Of a stretch of 64,000 bases of DNA, positions 47,930 to 56,519 are shown piece after piece (positions within the stretch are counted from its first letter, which is position 1; every line of letters starts with the position of its first letter). The position numbers were made by a program, and so were the translations under genes. Under the pieces are notes generated by a model that made no database searches, was not told the DNA's origin, and saw nothing but the letters and a program-made list of their open reading frames with translations. This DNA comes from Calditrichota bacterium (GTDB lineage Bacteria; Electryoneota; B3-LCP): NCBI GenBank assembly GCA_020051775.1, contig JAGVQJ010000141.1, positions 853 through 64,852 on the forward strand, given 5' to 3'.

Positions 47930-48718
47930 ATGCCTTCTGATGCTGATTTGACCACTGACTTGTTGGACGTCTGCCATCGTCTTTATACTGCGGGTATGGT
48001 GGCGGCTAATGACGGAAACGTATCGGCTCGCACCGACTCCGGCAACCTGCTGACTTCGGTGACCAACGTCTCGAAAGGGGCCATGACCGCCAAGGACGTG
48101 GTGAAAGTCACCAGCGATGGGGCCTGCATGGAAGAGGGCAAAAAAGCCTCATCCGAACTGCCCATGCACCTGGCCATCTACCGCGACCGGCCCGACGTGC
48201 GCGCCGTCGTGCACGCTCACCCGCCCTACGCCACCGGATTTGCCGCCGCCGGTCTGGCCTTGGATCAGTGTGTGCTGCCGGAAATAGTCATGACCCTGGG
48301 CAGCGTGCCTCTGGCCGACTACGGAACACCTTCCACCCAGGAGGTTCCTGAGGCAGTGGCGCGCTGGATCGGCAAGGCTGACGCTCTGCTGCTGTCCAAC
48401 CACGGAGCGGTTACGGTGGGGTCTACGCTCATGGAGGCGTTCTATCGCATGGAACGCATCGAGCATTACGCCAAGATCTGTTTTATTGCCCAGCAGTTGG
48501 GAGGCGCCCGGCTGCTGACGCCGCAAGAAGTGAACAAACTTTACCAGTTGCGGGAAAAGGCCGGGATTCCCAATCGCAATCCCGGCTGCTGGTCCTGCGA
48601 TCAGTTGCTGGCGGGGTCCTGCCTGGGTGAATCCTGCGTGTACTTCCCACCCGGAGAATCGTTCGAGCAGGCGGTGCAGAGAATGGTGAAGGAAGCGGTA
48701 AAAAAGATAGAGGACTGA
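47930..48718 (+). CDS. Class II aldolase/adducin-family protein (L-fuculose-phosphate aldolase-like) with Cys-rich C-terminal extension
   Basis: Sequence HRLYTAGMVAANDGNVSAR...VHAHPPYATGFAA...SNHGAVTVGSTLMEAFYRMERIE. The C-terminus reads NPGCWSCDQLLAGSCLGESC. The ATG at 47930 is preferred because of SD GGAGAG, and the upstream ATG lies inside the palindrome. Confidence 0.75.
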   Translation: MPSDADLTTDLLDVCHRLYTAGMVAANDGNVSARTDSGNLLTSVTNVSKGAMTAKDVVKVTSDGACMEEGKKASSELPMHLAIYRDRPDVRAVVHAHPPYATGFAAAGLALDQCVLPEIVMTLGSVPLADYGTPSTQEVPEAVARWIGKADALLLSNHGAVTVGSTLMEAFYRMERIEHYAKICFIAQQLGGARLLTPQEVNKLYQLREKAGIPNRNPGCWSCDQLLAGSCLGESCVYFPPGESFEQAVQRMVKEAVKKIED

Positions 48719-48719
48719 G

Positions 48720-51443
48720 ATGAACGAAATCCTTCGATTCCCACAAGAAATCCAGAAAGAAATCGAAGATCAGATTTCCGTTGAGTCATGGAAGAATAAA
48801 CCTGTCAAGCCGCTTGAATCTCCGGTCATGGCACTGCCACATACTGCAATCTACAAAATGCACCGGTATTATGCCCGCAGACCCTATAATGTATTTGATG
48901 AAATTATTCAACGATACACAAATCCTGGCGATTTAATTCTTGATCCTTTCTGTGGAGGCGGAGTAACCGTTGTGGAGGCCATGAAACTCCGGCGGCGGGT
49001 TATTGGCGTTGACTTGAATCCTCTGGCCACATGGATTACTCAAGTTGAAGTTGAGTCGGTAGATCTGAACGAATTGGACCAAGCTTTTACAATCTGGTTG
49101 GAGGCCGTACAAAAACAAATCAATCCGCTCTTCGAGGCAACCTGCGGCGCTTGTGGAAAGATAGGATCGGCGGAGTGGTTTGAGTGGTCAAATGTTGTCC
49201 GCTGCCCAAGTTGCGGGAAATCCAATATCTTAGGCAAATGCCAAAAGATTAGAGGAGGCCATTACCTCTGTACCAATAAGCGTTGCCAATCACTGATTGA
49301 AGCAGACAAGTGTGAACGACAACCGGATGAAATGCTCACCGCGTTGGTGAACTGCCCGCATTGCGGCGAAAGAAATATCCGCGATATTAATGCTGATGAC
49401 GCGGATCGAGTTAAACAGATTAAATCAAATTTTAATAGAATCGTAAAACAAGAAAAATTGAGTATCCCCGACGACGACTTCCCTGATATGAATTCGGTGC
49501 GGGAAAACAATCTCTTTGGCAAAGGCTTTCTGAAATTTAGAGATTACTTCACAACGAGGCATCTTCTCGCCATAGCAAGAATGAAATCATCCCTGCGTGA
49601 GTTGAAATCCGATAAGAGAACCATCAATTCTCTATATAATATATTTTCTGCGACTCTAAGATTTACAAACAAAATGGTCATTAGGAGCGAAGCGTGGCGT
49701 GGTGATAATCCACTCGAATGGCCAGGGCACATTTATTGGCCTCCTTATACATATCTCGAAGCAAACCCGGTTAAACCGCTTCTAAAACGGTATAAAGCTC
49801 AAGTTGCCGGTAAATTGGAGCAAAAGGAGAAAATAGGGGATTTCTGCCGATTCCCCAAGATTTATCGGCCCTGGGAGGATATGCAGAGCAGCGCCACCTG
49901 CTGGATCATCAACCAGTCCAGTCATGATTTACCCATACCTGATAAATCGGTGGATGCTGTGATTACCGATCCACCCTTTGGCGGCAATGTCCAATATGCC
50001 GAATTATCAGATTTTTACCTGGTGTGGCTAAAGGACTTTTTGAAGTTGCCCGATGGCGCCGGCAAAGAACAGGAGGCTATAGAAACTCGCCATCAAGGTT
50101 TTGATGGCGCGAAGGATCGTGATTTTTACGAGAATATGCTCTTTAAAATTTTCAAGGAATGCCGACGAGTAATCAAACCTGACGGCTGGATGGCGCTAAC
50201 TTTCCACAATCGTGATATCGGTGTTTGGATGTCCATGAATCGCGCAGCGATTAGGGCCGGTTTCAGGTTACCACCTGCATCAGAGTCTCTAAATCGCGGG
50301 ATGATTTACCAGCCTCCCATCCAAAATTACACCCAGACAATTCATCAAAAGCGCACTGGCTCTATGCTCGGTGATTTTGTCCTATCATTCCGACCGGTAG
50401 ATGAACCGGTGTACCTGGGACCGGTTCTGCAAGAATTACCCACGGAAGAGGAAAAAGGCATATATGCTAAAGCAGATGAGATCATCCGGTTTCATGGCGG
50501 CGCCGATGAAACGACCCTGATGACCGGGTTGCTACCCTATTTACAAGAAAAAGGGTTGCTGGCGCGATTAGCCAGATTCGATCTGCGTTCTCTGTTGAGT
50601 GGCGGACAATTTGTATTCCGCAAAGACCAGAAGAAGTGGTATGCGGCTGACATGATCGAACCATCTGGCGGCATTAAACCCATTGACGTTATTCAGGCTG
50701 AACATCTCGTGCAGGAGCTGATCTTTGAGTACCTTTTGGAACACAAACATGCCAGTAATGATGATCTATTACGGTTGGTTTATACCGCACTGGTTAATGC
50801 TCATAGACCGCAGATTGATGCTATTGAGAAGGTTCTGGGCAAGTACTGCAAGAGAATCAATGTGAAAGGTCAGAAAAGAGAACAATATCAATGGACAACA
50901 GGGGTGCCATCCCCTTTGAAAGTACAACAAGAAAAACAAAAACAGACAGACTTGATGATGGGCGAGAGTGTCTCTCCGACACACAATGGCATTATTTTTA
51001 CCATCGCACAAGAAGCGATTACAAAAGGATATTTCGCGCATGTCGGCGCGACGGAACAACGAAAAAACGGATCTCTGGATCACGTCAGTCTCAAACTCAC
51101 TTATCATGAATTGGGAGTGCCTAAAAAGGCGTTTGATATCATTCGTCAAATTGACTTGCTGTTACTGAAGGAATATTCAGTAATTGCAGCCATTGAAGTT
51201 GTAACCAGCCTCAGTACGCTTAACAAGGCGGTTAATGACCGTTTCAGGAATCTACTTAGCGTAATTCCTAACTTAAATTTCAGGTTGTACATCGTCGTCA
51301 ACGATGAAGATTTCATGGCGGCACGCGCAGAAATACATTCACCGGTAAATCAACGTGAAGGTTTGGCAGACCGCATAAGACTCCTCAAGGTGTCTGAAGT
51401 AACCGAGGGAAAAATCACAACGTATTGGCCTTTCCAAGAGTAG
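48720..51443 (+). CDS. DUF1156/COG1743-family adenine-specific DNA methyltransferase with Zn-ribbon; solitary
   Basis: The N-terminal motif HRYYARRP matches the HxWWARRP signature. Motif I is DPFCGGGVTVVEA...VIGVDLNP. The Zn-ribbons are CGACGK...CPSCGK and CTNKRC...CPHCGE. Catalytic motif IV is ITDPPFGGNVQY. The protein is 907 aa. The gene is AT-richer than its flanks. Its ATG follows the upstream TGA by 1 nt. Confidence 0.8.
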   Translation: MNEILRFPQEIQKEIEDQISVESWKNKPVKPLESPVMALPHTAIYKMHRYYARRPYNVFDEIIQRYTNPGDLILDPFCGGGVTVVEAMKLRRRVIGVDLNPLATWITQVEVESVDLNELDQAFTIWLEAVQKQINPLFEATCGACGKIGSAEWFEWSNVVRCPSCGKSNILGKCQKIRGGHYLCTNKRCQSLIEADKCERQPDEMLTALVNCPHCGERNIRDINADDADRVKQIKSNFNRIVKQEKLSIPDDDFPDMNSVRENNLFGKGFLKFRDYFTTRHLLAIARMKSSLRELKSDKRTINSLYNIFSATLRFTNKMVIRSEAWRGDNPLEWPGHIYWPPYTYLEANPVKPLLKRYKAQVAGKLEQKEKIGDFCRFPKIYRPWEDMQSSATCWIINQSSHDLPIPDKSVDAVITDPPFGGNVQYAELSDFYLVWLKDFLKLPDGAGKEQEAIETRHQGFDGAKDRDFYENMLFKIFKECRRVIKPDGWMALTFHNRDIGVWMSMNRAAIRAGFRLPPASESLNRGMIYQPPIQNYTQTIHQKRTGSMLGDFVLSFRPVDEPVYLGPVLQELPTEEEKGIYAKADEIIRFHGGADETTLMTGLLPYLQEKGLLARLARFDLRSLLSGGQFVFRKDQKKWYAADMIEPSGGIKPIDVIQAEHLVQELIFEYLLEHKHASNDDLLRLVYTALVNAHRPQIDAIEKVLGKYCKRINVKGQKREQYQWTTGVPSPLKVQQEKQKQTDLMMGESVSPTHNGIIFTIAQEAITKGYFAHVGATEQRKNGSLDHVSLKLTYHELGVPKKAFDIIRQIDLLLLKEYSVIAAIEVVTSLSTLNKAVNDRFRNLLSVIPNLNFRLYIVVNDEDFMAARAEIHSPVNQREGLADRIRLLKVSEVTEGKITTYWPFQE

Positions 51444-51452
51444 TACATTCCC

Positions 51453-51851
51453 ATGACCTGGCGCAGAGTCTTTTTCGACAATTACAAAGCCAAGCTGGCG
51501 CTTTTTCTGATGGCCGCCTTCATGTGGTTTTTTGTGGTTTCCAGCCGAGATTATGTGGAAACTGTGAAAATCCCCGTGCGGGTCATCAACTTGCCCCAGA
51601 ACCGCGTGCTGCTGCAGCCCTTACCCACTCAAGCCCAGGTACGTTTCCGGGGTAAAGGCACCAGCTTGTTGCTCCTGGGGCTTTTCGGCGATCCGCACCT
51701 GGATGTAGACCTTTCACATCCCAACTATGTGTACTATTTCCGCCCGGGACTCGATCAGGTGGATTGGAGCCCGGCCATTGAAGTGCAGCCCTTGGACATT
51801 CTGTTGCCGGATACGATTTTTGTGCAGATGGAAGAACGACACAAGCCATAG
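51453..51851 (+). CDS. YbbR-like (CdaR-like) domain protein, short single-domain form
   Basis: It has an N-terminal TM helix (KLALFLMAAFMWFFVV) and then one YbbR-like beta-rich repeat. The call is weak. Confidence 0.45.
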   Translation: MTWRRVFFDNYKAKLALFLMAAFMWFFVVSSRDYVETVKIPVRVINLPQNRVLLQPLPTQAQVRFRGKGTSLLLLGLFGDPHLDVDLSHPNYVYYFRPGLDQVDWSPAIEVQPLDILLPDTIFVQMEERHKP

Positions 51852-51865
51852 GATACCAAACTCTT

Positions 51866-52876
51866 TTGATCGTTTTAAGCATAGAGACTTCGTGTGATGA
51901 AACCGCCGCCGCCATCCTGGATGAGGGCGCGGTGCTCTCTTCGGTCGTCGCCACTCACTGGATGCACGCCCGTTTCGGCGGCGTGGTCCCGGAGCTGGCT
52001 TCACGCGCGCACTTGAACCTGCTGTTGCCCATTCTTGATCAAGTGATGGCAGACTCAGCCGTAGCCTTGGAGAATGTCGAGGCCGTGGCCGTAACCCGAG
52101 GACCGGGCTTAATTGGATCACTGCTGGTGGGCATTTCGCTGGCCAAGAGCGTGGCGTTCGCCCGTAATATTCCGTTGATCGGGGTGAACCATTTGGAAGG
52201 CCACATGTGGAGCGCCGGTTTCGACAACCCGGACTTGGAGCCGCCATTCCTGGCTCTACTGGTCTCAGGAGGCCACACTCTGCTGGTGGGCGTCGAGGGT
52301 TTCGGCGATTACCGCCTGATCGGGCAGACTCGCGACGATGCCGCCGGCGAAGCATTTGATAAAGTGGCGGTGCTGTGCGGGTTGGGGTATCCGGGAGGCG
52401 CGGCTGTGGAGAAGCTGTCCGCCGAGGGCAACCGCGAATTCCACTCCTTTCCCGTGGGCATGAGCGGCCAACAAGGGTACGATTTCTCATTCTCCGGATT
52501 GAAGACCGCCGTCGCTAATTTCATGCGCCGTAATCCCACCGTGGTCAGCGATCATCTGTCCGACATATTGGCCGGTTTTCAAGAAGCTGCGGTAAATTCC
52601 CTCCTGGAACCAACACTGCGGGCCTTTGACGCCTTCGGATACCGCACTTTAACGCTTTCCGGGGGCGTGGCGGCCAACGGACGGCTTCGGCAACAGTTGA
52701 CACAGGCGGTTGAAGCTCGCGGCGGGAAATTCCTATTTCCTGGATTCGCTCTATGCACCGACAACGCCGCCATGACCGGTTGGGTGGGCTGGCGTCGTTT
52801 GGCCTTGGGTCAGCGCGACGACTTCGACTTGAGCGGCGAGGCTAATCTACCGCTGCCGGGATTGAGACATGTTTAA
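51866..52876 (+). CDS. tsaD: tRNA N6-adenosine threonylcarbamoyltransferase TsaD
   Basis: TsaD/Kae1-family motifs (LSIETSCDETAAAI, LIGVNHLEGH, SGGVAANGRLR). It has a TTG start. Confidence 0.9.
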   Translation: MIVLSIETSCDETAAAILDEGAVLSSVVATHWMHARFGGVVPELASRAHLNLLLPILDQVMADSAVALENVEAVAVTRGPGLIGSLLVGISLAKSVAFARNIPLIGVNHLEGHMWSAGFDNPDLEPPFLALLVSGGHTLLVGVEGFGDYRLIGQTRDDAAGEAFDKVAVLCGLGYPGGAAVEKLSAEGNREFHSFPVGMSGQQGYDFSFSGLKTAVANFMRRNPTVVSDHLSDILAGFQEAAVNSLLEPTLRAFDAFGYRTLTLSGGVAANGRLRQQLTQAVEARGGKFLFPGFALCTDNAAMTGWVGWRRLALGQRDDFDLSGEANLPLPGLRHV

Positions 52877-55052
52877 TTTCGCGTGTATTATCGCTGGAAC
52901 CGGCATATCTTTGGACTTCCACGGGTCCACCATTCTGCTAATATTATTAATTCTATTCGGGCTGGGTTGGACCGTTTTAGCTTACCGCCAAACAGTTCCG
53001 CCCACACGCTTGTCGCTGCGAATCCTTCTGGGCAGCCTGCGTGCTCTGGCGCTCCTGCTGGTCATCTTCCTGATTTTCGAACCATCCCTTTCCTTGCGCC
53101 GCGAGCGCCATTTGAAACCGCTGGTGGCAGTCATCTTCGATGACACTCAGTCTATGGCGTTGCCGGATGCTTCCGGGCCGCGCCAGGCCAAGCTGGAACG
53201 GTTGATGCGCGACCCCGCCTGGAAAGAACTCGGCCGGCAGTTCGATCTGAAGGCATTCGCCGCGGGGGATTCCCTGCGCGATATTGGCGGGGTGGTCTTT
53301 GATTCCATGCGCTTTAAAGCCATCGGCACGGACCTGGTTGCGAGTTGGGAGCAAGCGTTACGACAACAAGATGCGGATACCTTTGGAGCCATCATTCTGG
53401 TCAGCGACGGAGGGGATAACGCCGGTAGAAATCCGGTTAAGGCAGCACAAGAATTGTCCCTTCCCCTCTACGTCGTCGGCATAGGAGATACGGCGGCGAT
53501 TCAGGATGCTTCGATCGCTTCGGTCAGCAGCGGCCAGGTGGCTTACCGAGGCAAAGAGACTCAGATAGCGGTGCGCTTAAAAGCTCGGGGGATGGAAGGA
53601 CAAAATGCCGCGTTGGAACTGACCGAGACGAACGGCCGAGTATTAGCCCGAGAAGAAGTGCGACTGCCGATGGATGAGCTGGAAGCCGAAGTCTCGTTAA
53701 AATTTACGCCACAACAGGTGGGCACGCTTCCCTTAAACGTGCGAATGACATCTCCAGCTAATGAATGGTCAAGCGCCAACAATCAAAGGGGATTTCCGCT
53801 GGAGGTGCGAGAAAGCCGCATCCGAGCTCTCGTCATCAGCGCCACGCCTGGATTCGAAGCGATGTTTCTGGCGCGAACCATGGCCGGGCTACCCGACGTG
53901 GAAGTGAAAACTTTTAGTTTCCGTCAAGACGGCAATTTTTATGGGAGTGGAAACGAGCAACTGGTTAAGGATTTCGCCGAGGCAGACGTTTTGTTATTGA
54001 TCGGGTTGCTCGATCAGAACAATCCCACCGCAATCCGCGACCGAATGCGTCGTTTATTAGTGGAACGCACCTTGCCGATCTGGGTTTGGGCGGGATCGCA
54101 CCCCAGTTTGGAGGATTTGAAAGCGACAATGGGTGAAGCTCCTTTTCAGATGCTTCCCGGTAGCGCTCAGCGTACCGGAGCGTCCATTCCATTGCGATAT
54201 TACGCAGAACTTGATCCTGACGCCGAAAGCGCGGAGAGCAGTTTGTGGAACGATCTGCCACCCTTGAACTTACCTGGATTCAGGGTATTGGCGGGACTGG
54301 GCGCCCAATCTCTGATCGGCTTGCGAGATCCGACGACCGGCGCTGATTTGGGACCGGCGCTGCTTACTTGGGAAAGCGGTGGGAAACGATCAGCGATCTC
54401 GTTCGGGTCTGGTTATTGGAAGTGGAGTTTTCTGGCCGGAGGCCTTGAAGGCAGCGATAATCTCTATCGCAACTACCTGGGGCAAATGCTGCGCTGGCTG
54501 GCGGCCAGTTCCAGGTCGCGGCCTCTGAAGTTTATTTTGGATCGCAAATTGTACGCTTCAGGAGAGCCGGTCAGATTGGAAGCGCAAGTTATGGGGGGCG
54601 AAGGCCGGTTCATTTCCAGCGCTCAGGTGGAGGCAACCTTACAAGGGCCGGAGGGCGCGTCGCGGGTTATCCTGGAACCAGACGGCTCCGGACGGTACTC
54701 CGGCGTCTTCCATCCTGAAACTGTTGGACCCTATACCTATCGTGGTGTGGCGTCTATTAACAGCGATACACTCGGATCAGATTCCGGCAATTTTATGGTG
54801 GAAGCGTATAACATAGAGAAGGAGGCCTTGAATCAGAATCAGAAACTTCTGCAACAGATCGCACAGGTCAGTGGTGGGGATTATTTCGCAGCAGATTCTG
54901 TTTCAAGATTAAACAACCGAATCCAAGCGCCACCACGCGTGATGATGGCGGGCTGGACACGCCGATTTTTCCTGAATTGGGATATCTGGATGCTTTTAGT
55001 GGGAGCTTTATCGTTGGAATGGTTAATTCGCAAACGTAAAGGGATGCTGTAA
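52869..55052 (+). CDS. BatA-like membrane protein: N-terminal double-TM domain + VWA-like domain + C-terminal anchor
   Basis: It has two N-terminal TM helices, a MIDAS-like motif (VAVIFDDTQSM, ILVSDGGDNAG) and a C-terminal TM (IWMLLVGALSLEWLIRKRK). Confidence 0.6.
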   Translation: MFNFACIIAGTGISLDFHGSTILLILLILFGLGWTVLAYRQTVPPTRLSLRILLGSLRALALLLVIFLIFEPSLSLRRERHLKPLVAVIFDDTQSMALPDASGPRQAKLERLMRDPAWKELGRQFDLKAFAAGDSLRDIGGVVFDSMRFKAIGTDLVASWEQALRQQDADTFGAIILVSDGGDNAGRNPVKAAQELSLPLYVVGIGDTAAIQDASIASVSSGQVAYRGKETQIAVRLKARGMEGQNAALELTETNGRVLAREEVRLPMDELEAEVSLKFTPQQVGTLPLNVRMTSPANEWSSANNQRGFPLEVRESRIRALVISATPGFEAMFLARTMAGLPDVEVKTFSFRQDGNFYGSGNEQLVKDFAEADVLLLIGLLDQNNPTAIRDRMRRLLVERTLPIWVWAGSHPSLEDLKATMGEAPFQMLPGSAQRTGASIPLRYYAELDPDAESAESSLWNDLPPLNLPGFRVLAGLGAQSLIGLRDPTTGADLGPALLTWESGGKRSAISFGSGYWKWSFLAGGLEGSDNLYRNYLGQMLRWLAASSRSRPLKFILDRKLYASGEPVRLEAQVMGGEGRFISSAQVEATLQGPEGASRVILEPDGSGRYSGVFHPETVGPYTYRGVASINSDTLGSDSGNFMVEAYNIEKEALNQNQKLLQQIAQVSGGDYFAADSVSRLNNRIQAPPRVMMAGWTRRFFLNWDIWMLLVGALSLEWLIRKRKGML

Positions 55053-55066
55053 TTTTTAGGTGTATT

Positions 55067-56338
55067 ATGTCAGAATCAGAACACATTATGGCACGCGCCC
55101 GGGAGATCATACCGGGCGGCGTGAACTCGCCCGTACGGGCGTTTAAATCTGTAGGTGGAACACCGCCGGTCATGGCCTCGGCTGAAGGCTGCACCCTGAC
55201 CGATGTAGATGGTCGCCGTTTTGTGGACTACCTAGGATCCTGGGGGCCGATGATCGCCGGACACGCTCACCCCCGTGTGGTAGCGGCAATCGAAGAAACG
55301 GCTCGCAAGGGGACGAGTTTTGGCGCTCCGGCGTTGCTGGAGTTGGAACTGGCGGAAGAGATTGTGCGACGTGTGTCGTCGGTGGAGATGGTGCGGATGG
55401 TCAATTCCGGGACGGAAGCTACCATGAGCGCTATCCGATTGGCGCGCGCCGCGACGCATCGGGACGTCATCGTCAAATTTGCGGGGGCTTATCATGGCCA
55501 TGCCGATAGCTTCCTGATTCAGGCGGGATCGGGCGCCGCCACATTGGGATTGCCCGACAGCCCGGGCGTCACCCCGGGAGCGGCCAAGGATACGCGCGTC
55601 GCGCGTTACAACGACCTGGACGCGGTTGAAGGAATCTTCAAAAAAGAGGGCAAGAAGGTGGCGGCAGTGATTGTCGAGCCGGTGGCCGGTAACATGGGAG
55701 TCGTCCCCCCCGCTCCCGGGTTTTTGCAAGGGTTGTGCGTGATTTGCAAAAAACACGACGCCTTGTTGATATTCGATGAAGTAATGACTGGTTTTCGAGT
55801 GCATCCGGCTGGAGCTCAGGGATTATTTGGCATCAGACCCGATCTGACGACCTTCGGTAAAATCATCGGAGGTGGCTTGCCGGTAGGGGCTTATGGAGGC
55901 CGCAAGGACCTCATGAACATGATCGCGCCGGCAGGGCCGGTTTACCAGGCAGGAACACTATCCGGCAATCCGTTGGCTATGGCCGCGGGTTTAGCCACTT
56001 TATCGCTGCTGGACGACGCCGCTTACGGGCACTTGGAGAGAATTTCAGCGGCGTTGGTGCGCGGGTTGGCCCAGGCCTGCCACGAAGCGGGGATCAAGGC
56101 CGCTCTGCAGCGAGTGGGCTCGATGTTCACCCTCTTCTTCAGCGACAAACCGGTGATGAACATGGAGGACGCCAAAGCAGCCGACCACCAGCGCTTCACC
56201 AGCTTCTTTCAAGGTATGTTGGAACGAGGCGTGTATCTTCCGCCTTCGGGTTATGAGGCGTGGTTTGTCTCGCTGGCACACGATGATAGGGCCGTGGAAC
56301 ATACGCTGGAAGCGGCGAGGCAAGCGCTGCGCCTCTAA
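55067..56338 (+). CDS. hemL: Glutamate-1-semialdehyde 2,1-aminomutase
   Basis: Sequence IIPGGVNSPVRAFKSVGG...DYLGSWGPMIAGHAHP...FDEVMTGFRV...TFGKIIGGGLPVGAYGG. The ORF is 423 aa. Confidence 0.95.
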   Translation: MSESEHIMARAREIIPGGVNSPVRAFKSVGGTPPVMASAEGCTLTDVDGRRFVDYLGSWGPMIAGHAHPRVVAAIEETARKGTSFGAPALLELELAEEIVRRVSSVEMVRMVNSGTEATMSAIRLARAATHRDVIVKFAGAYHGHADSFLIQAGSGAATLGLPDSPGVTPGAAKDTRVARYNDLDAVEGIFKKEGKKVAAVIVEPVAGNMGVVPPAPGFLQGLCVICKKHDALLIFDEVMTGFRVHPAGAQGLFGIRPDLTTFGKIIGGGLPVGAYGGRKDLMNMIAPAGPVYQAGTLSGNPLAMAAGLATLSLLDDAAYGHLERISAALVRGLAQACHEAGIKAALQRVGSMFTLFFSDKPVMNMEDAKAADHQRFTSFFQGMLERGVYLPPSGYEAWFVSLAHDDRAVEHTLEAARQALRL

Positions 56339-56519
56339 CCAAACGAAACATTTCACTTAATCGTATATTTTAACACTTTCACAATCAAGCGATCATTCCT
56401 ACTCTCCTACCGATACGGGTCGCTACAATGAATCACATCTCGCTTGATACTTCCTAACCCTGGCGCTACCAACTTCATCATATTGTCCCATCTTTATCTG
56501 TCGCTGGCAGGAGGTTACC

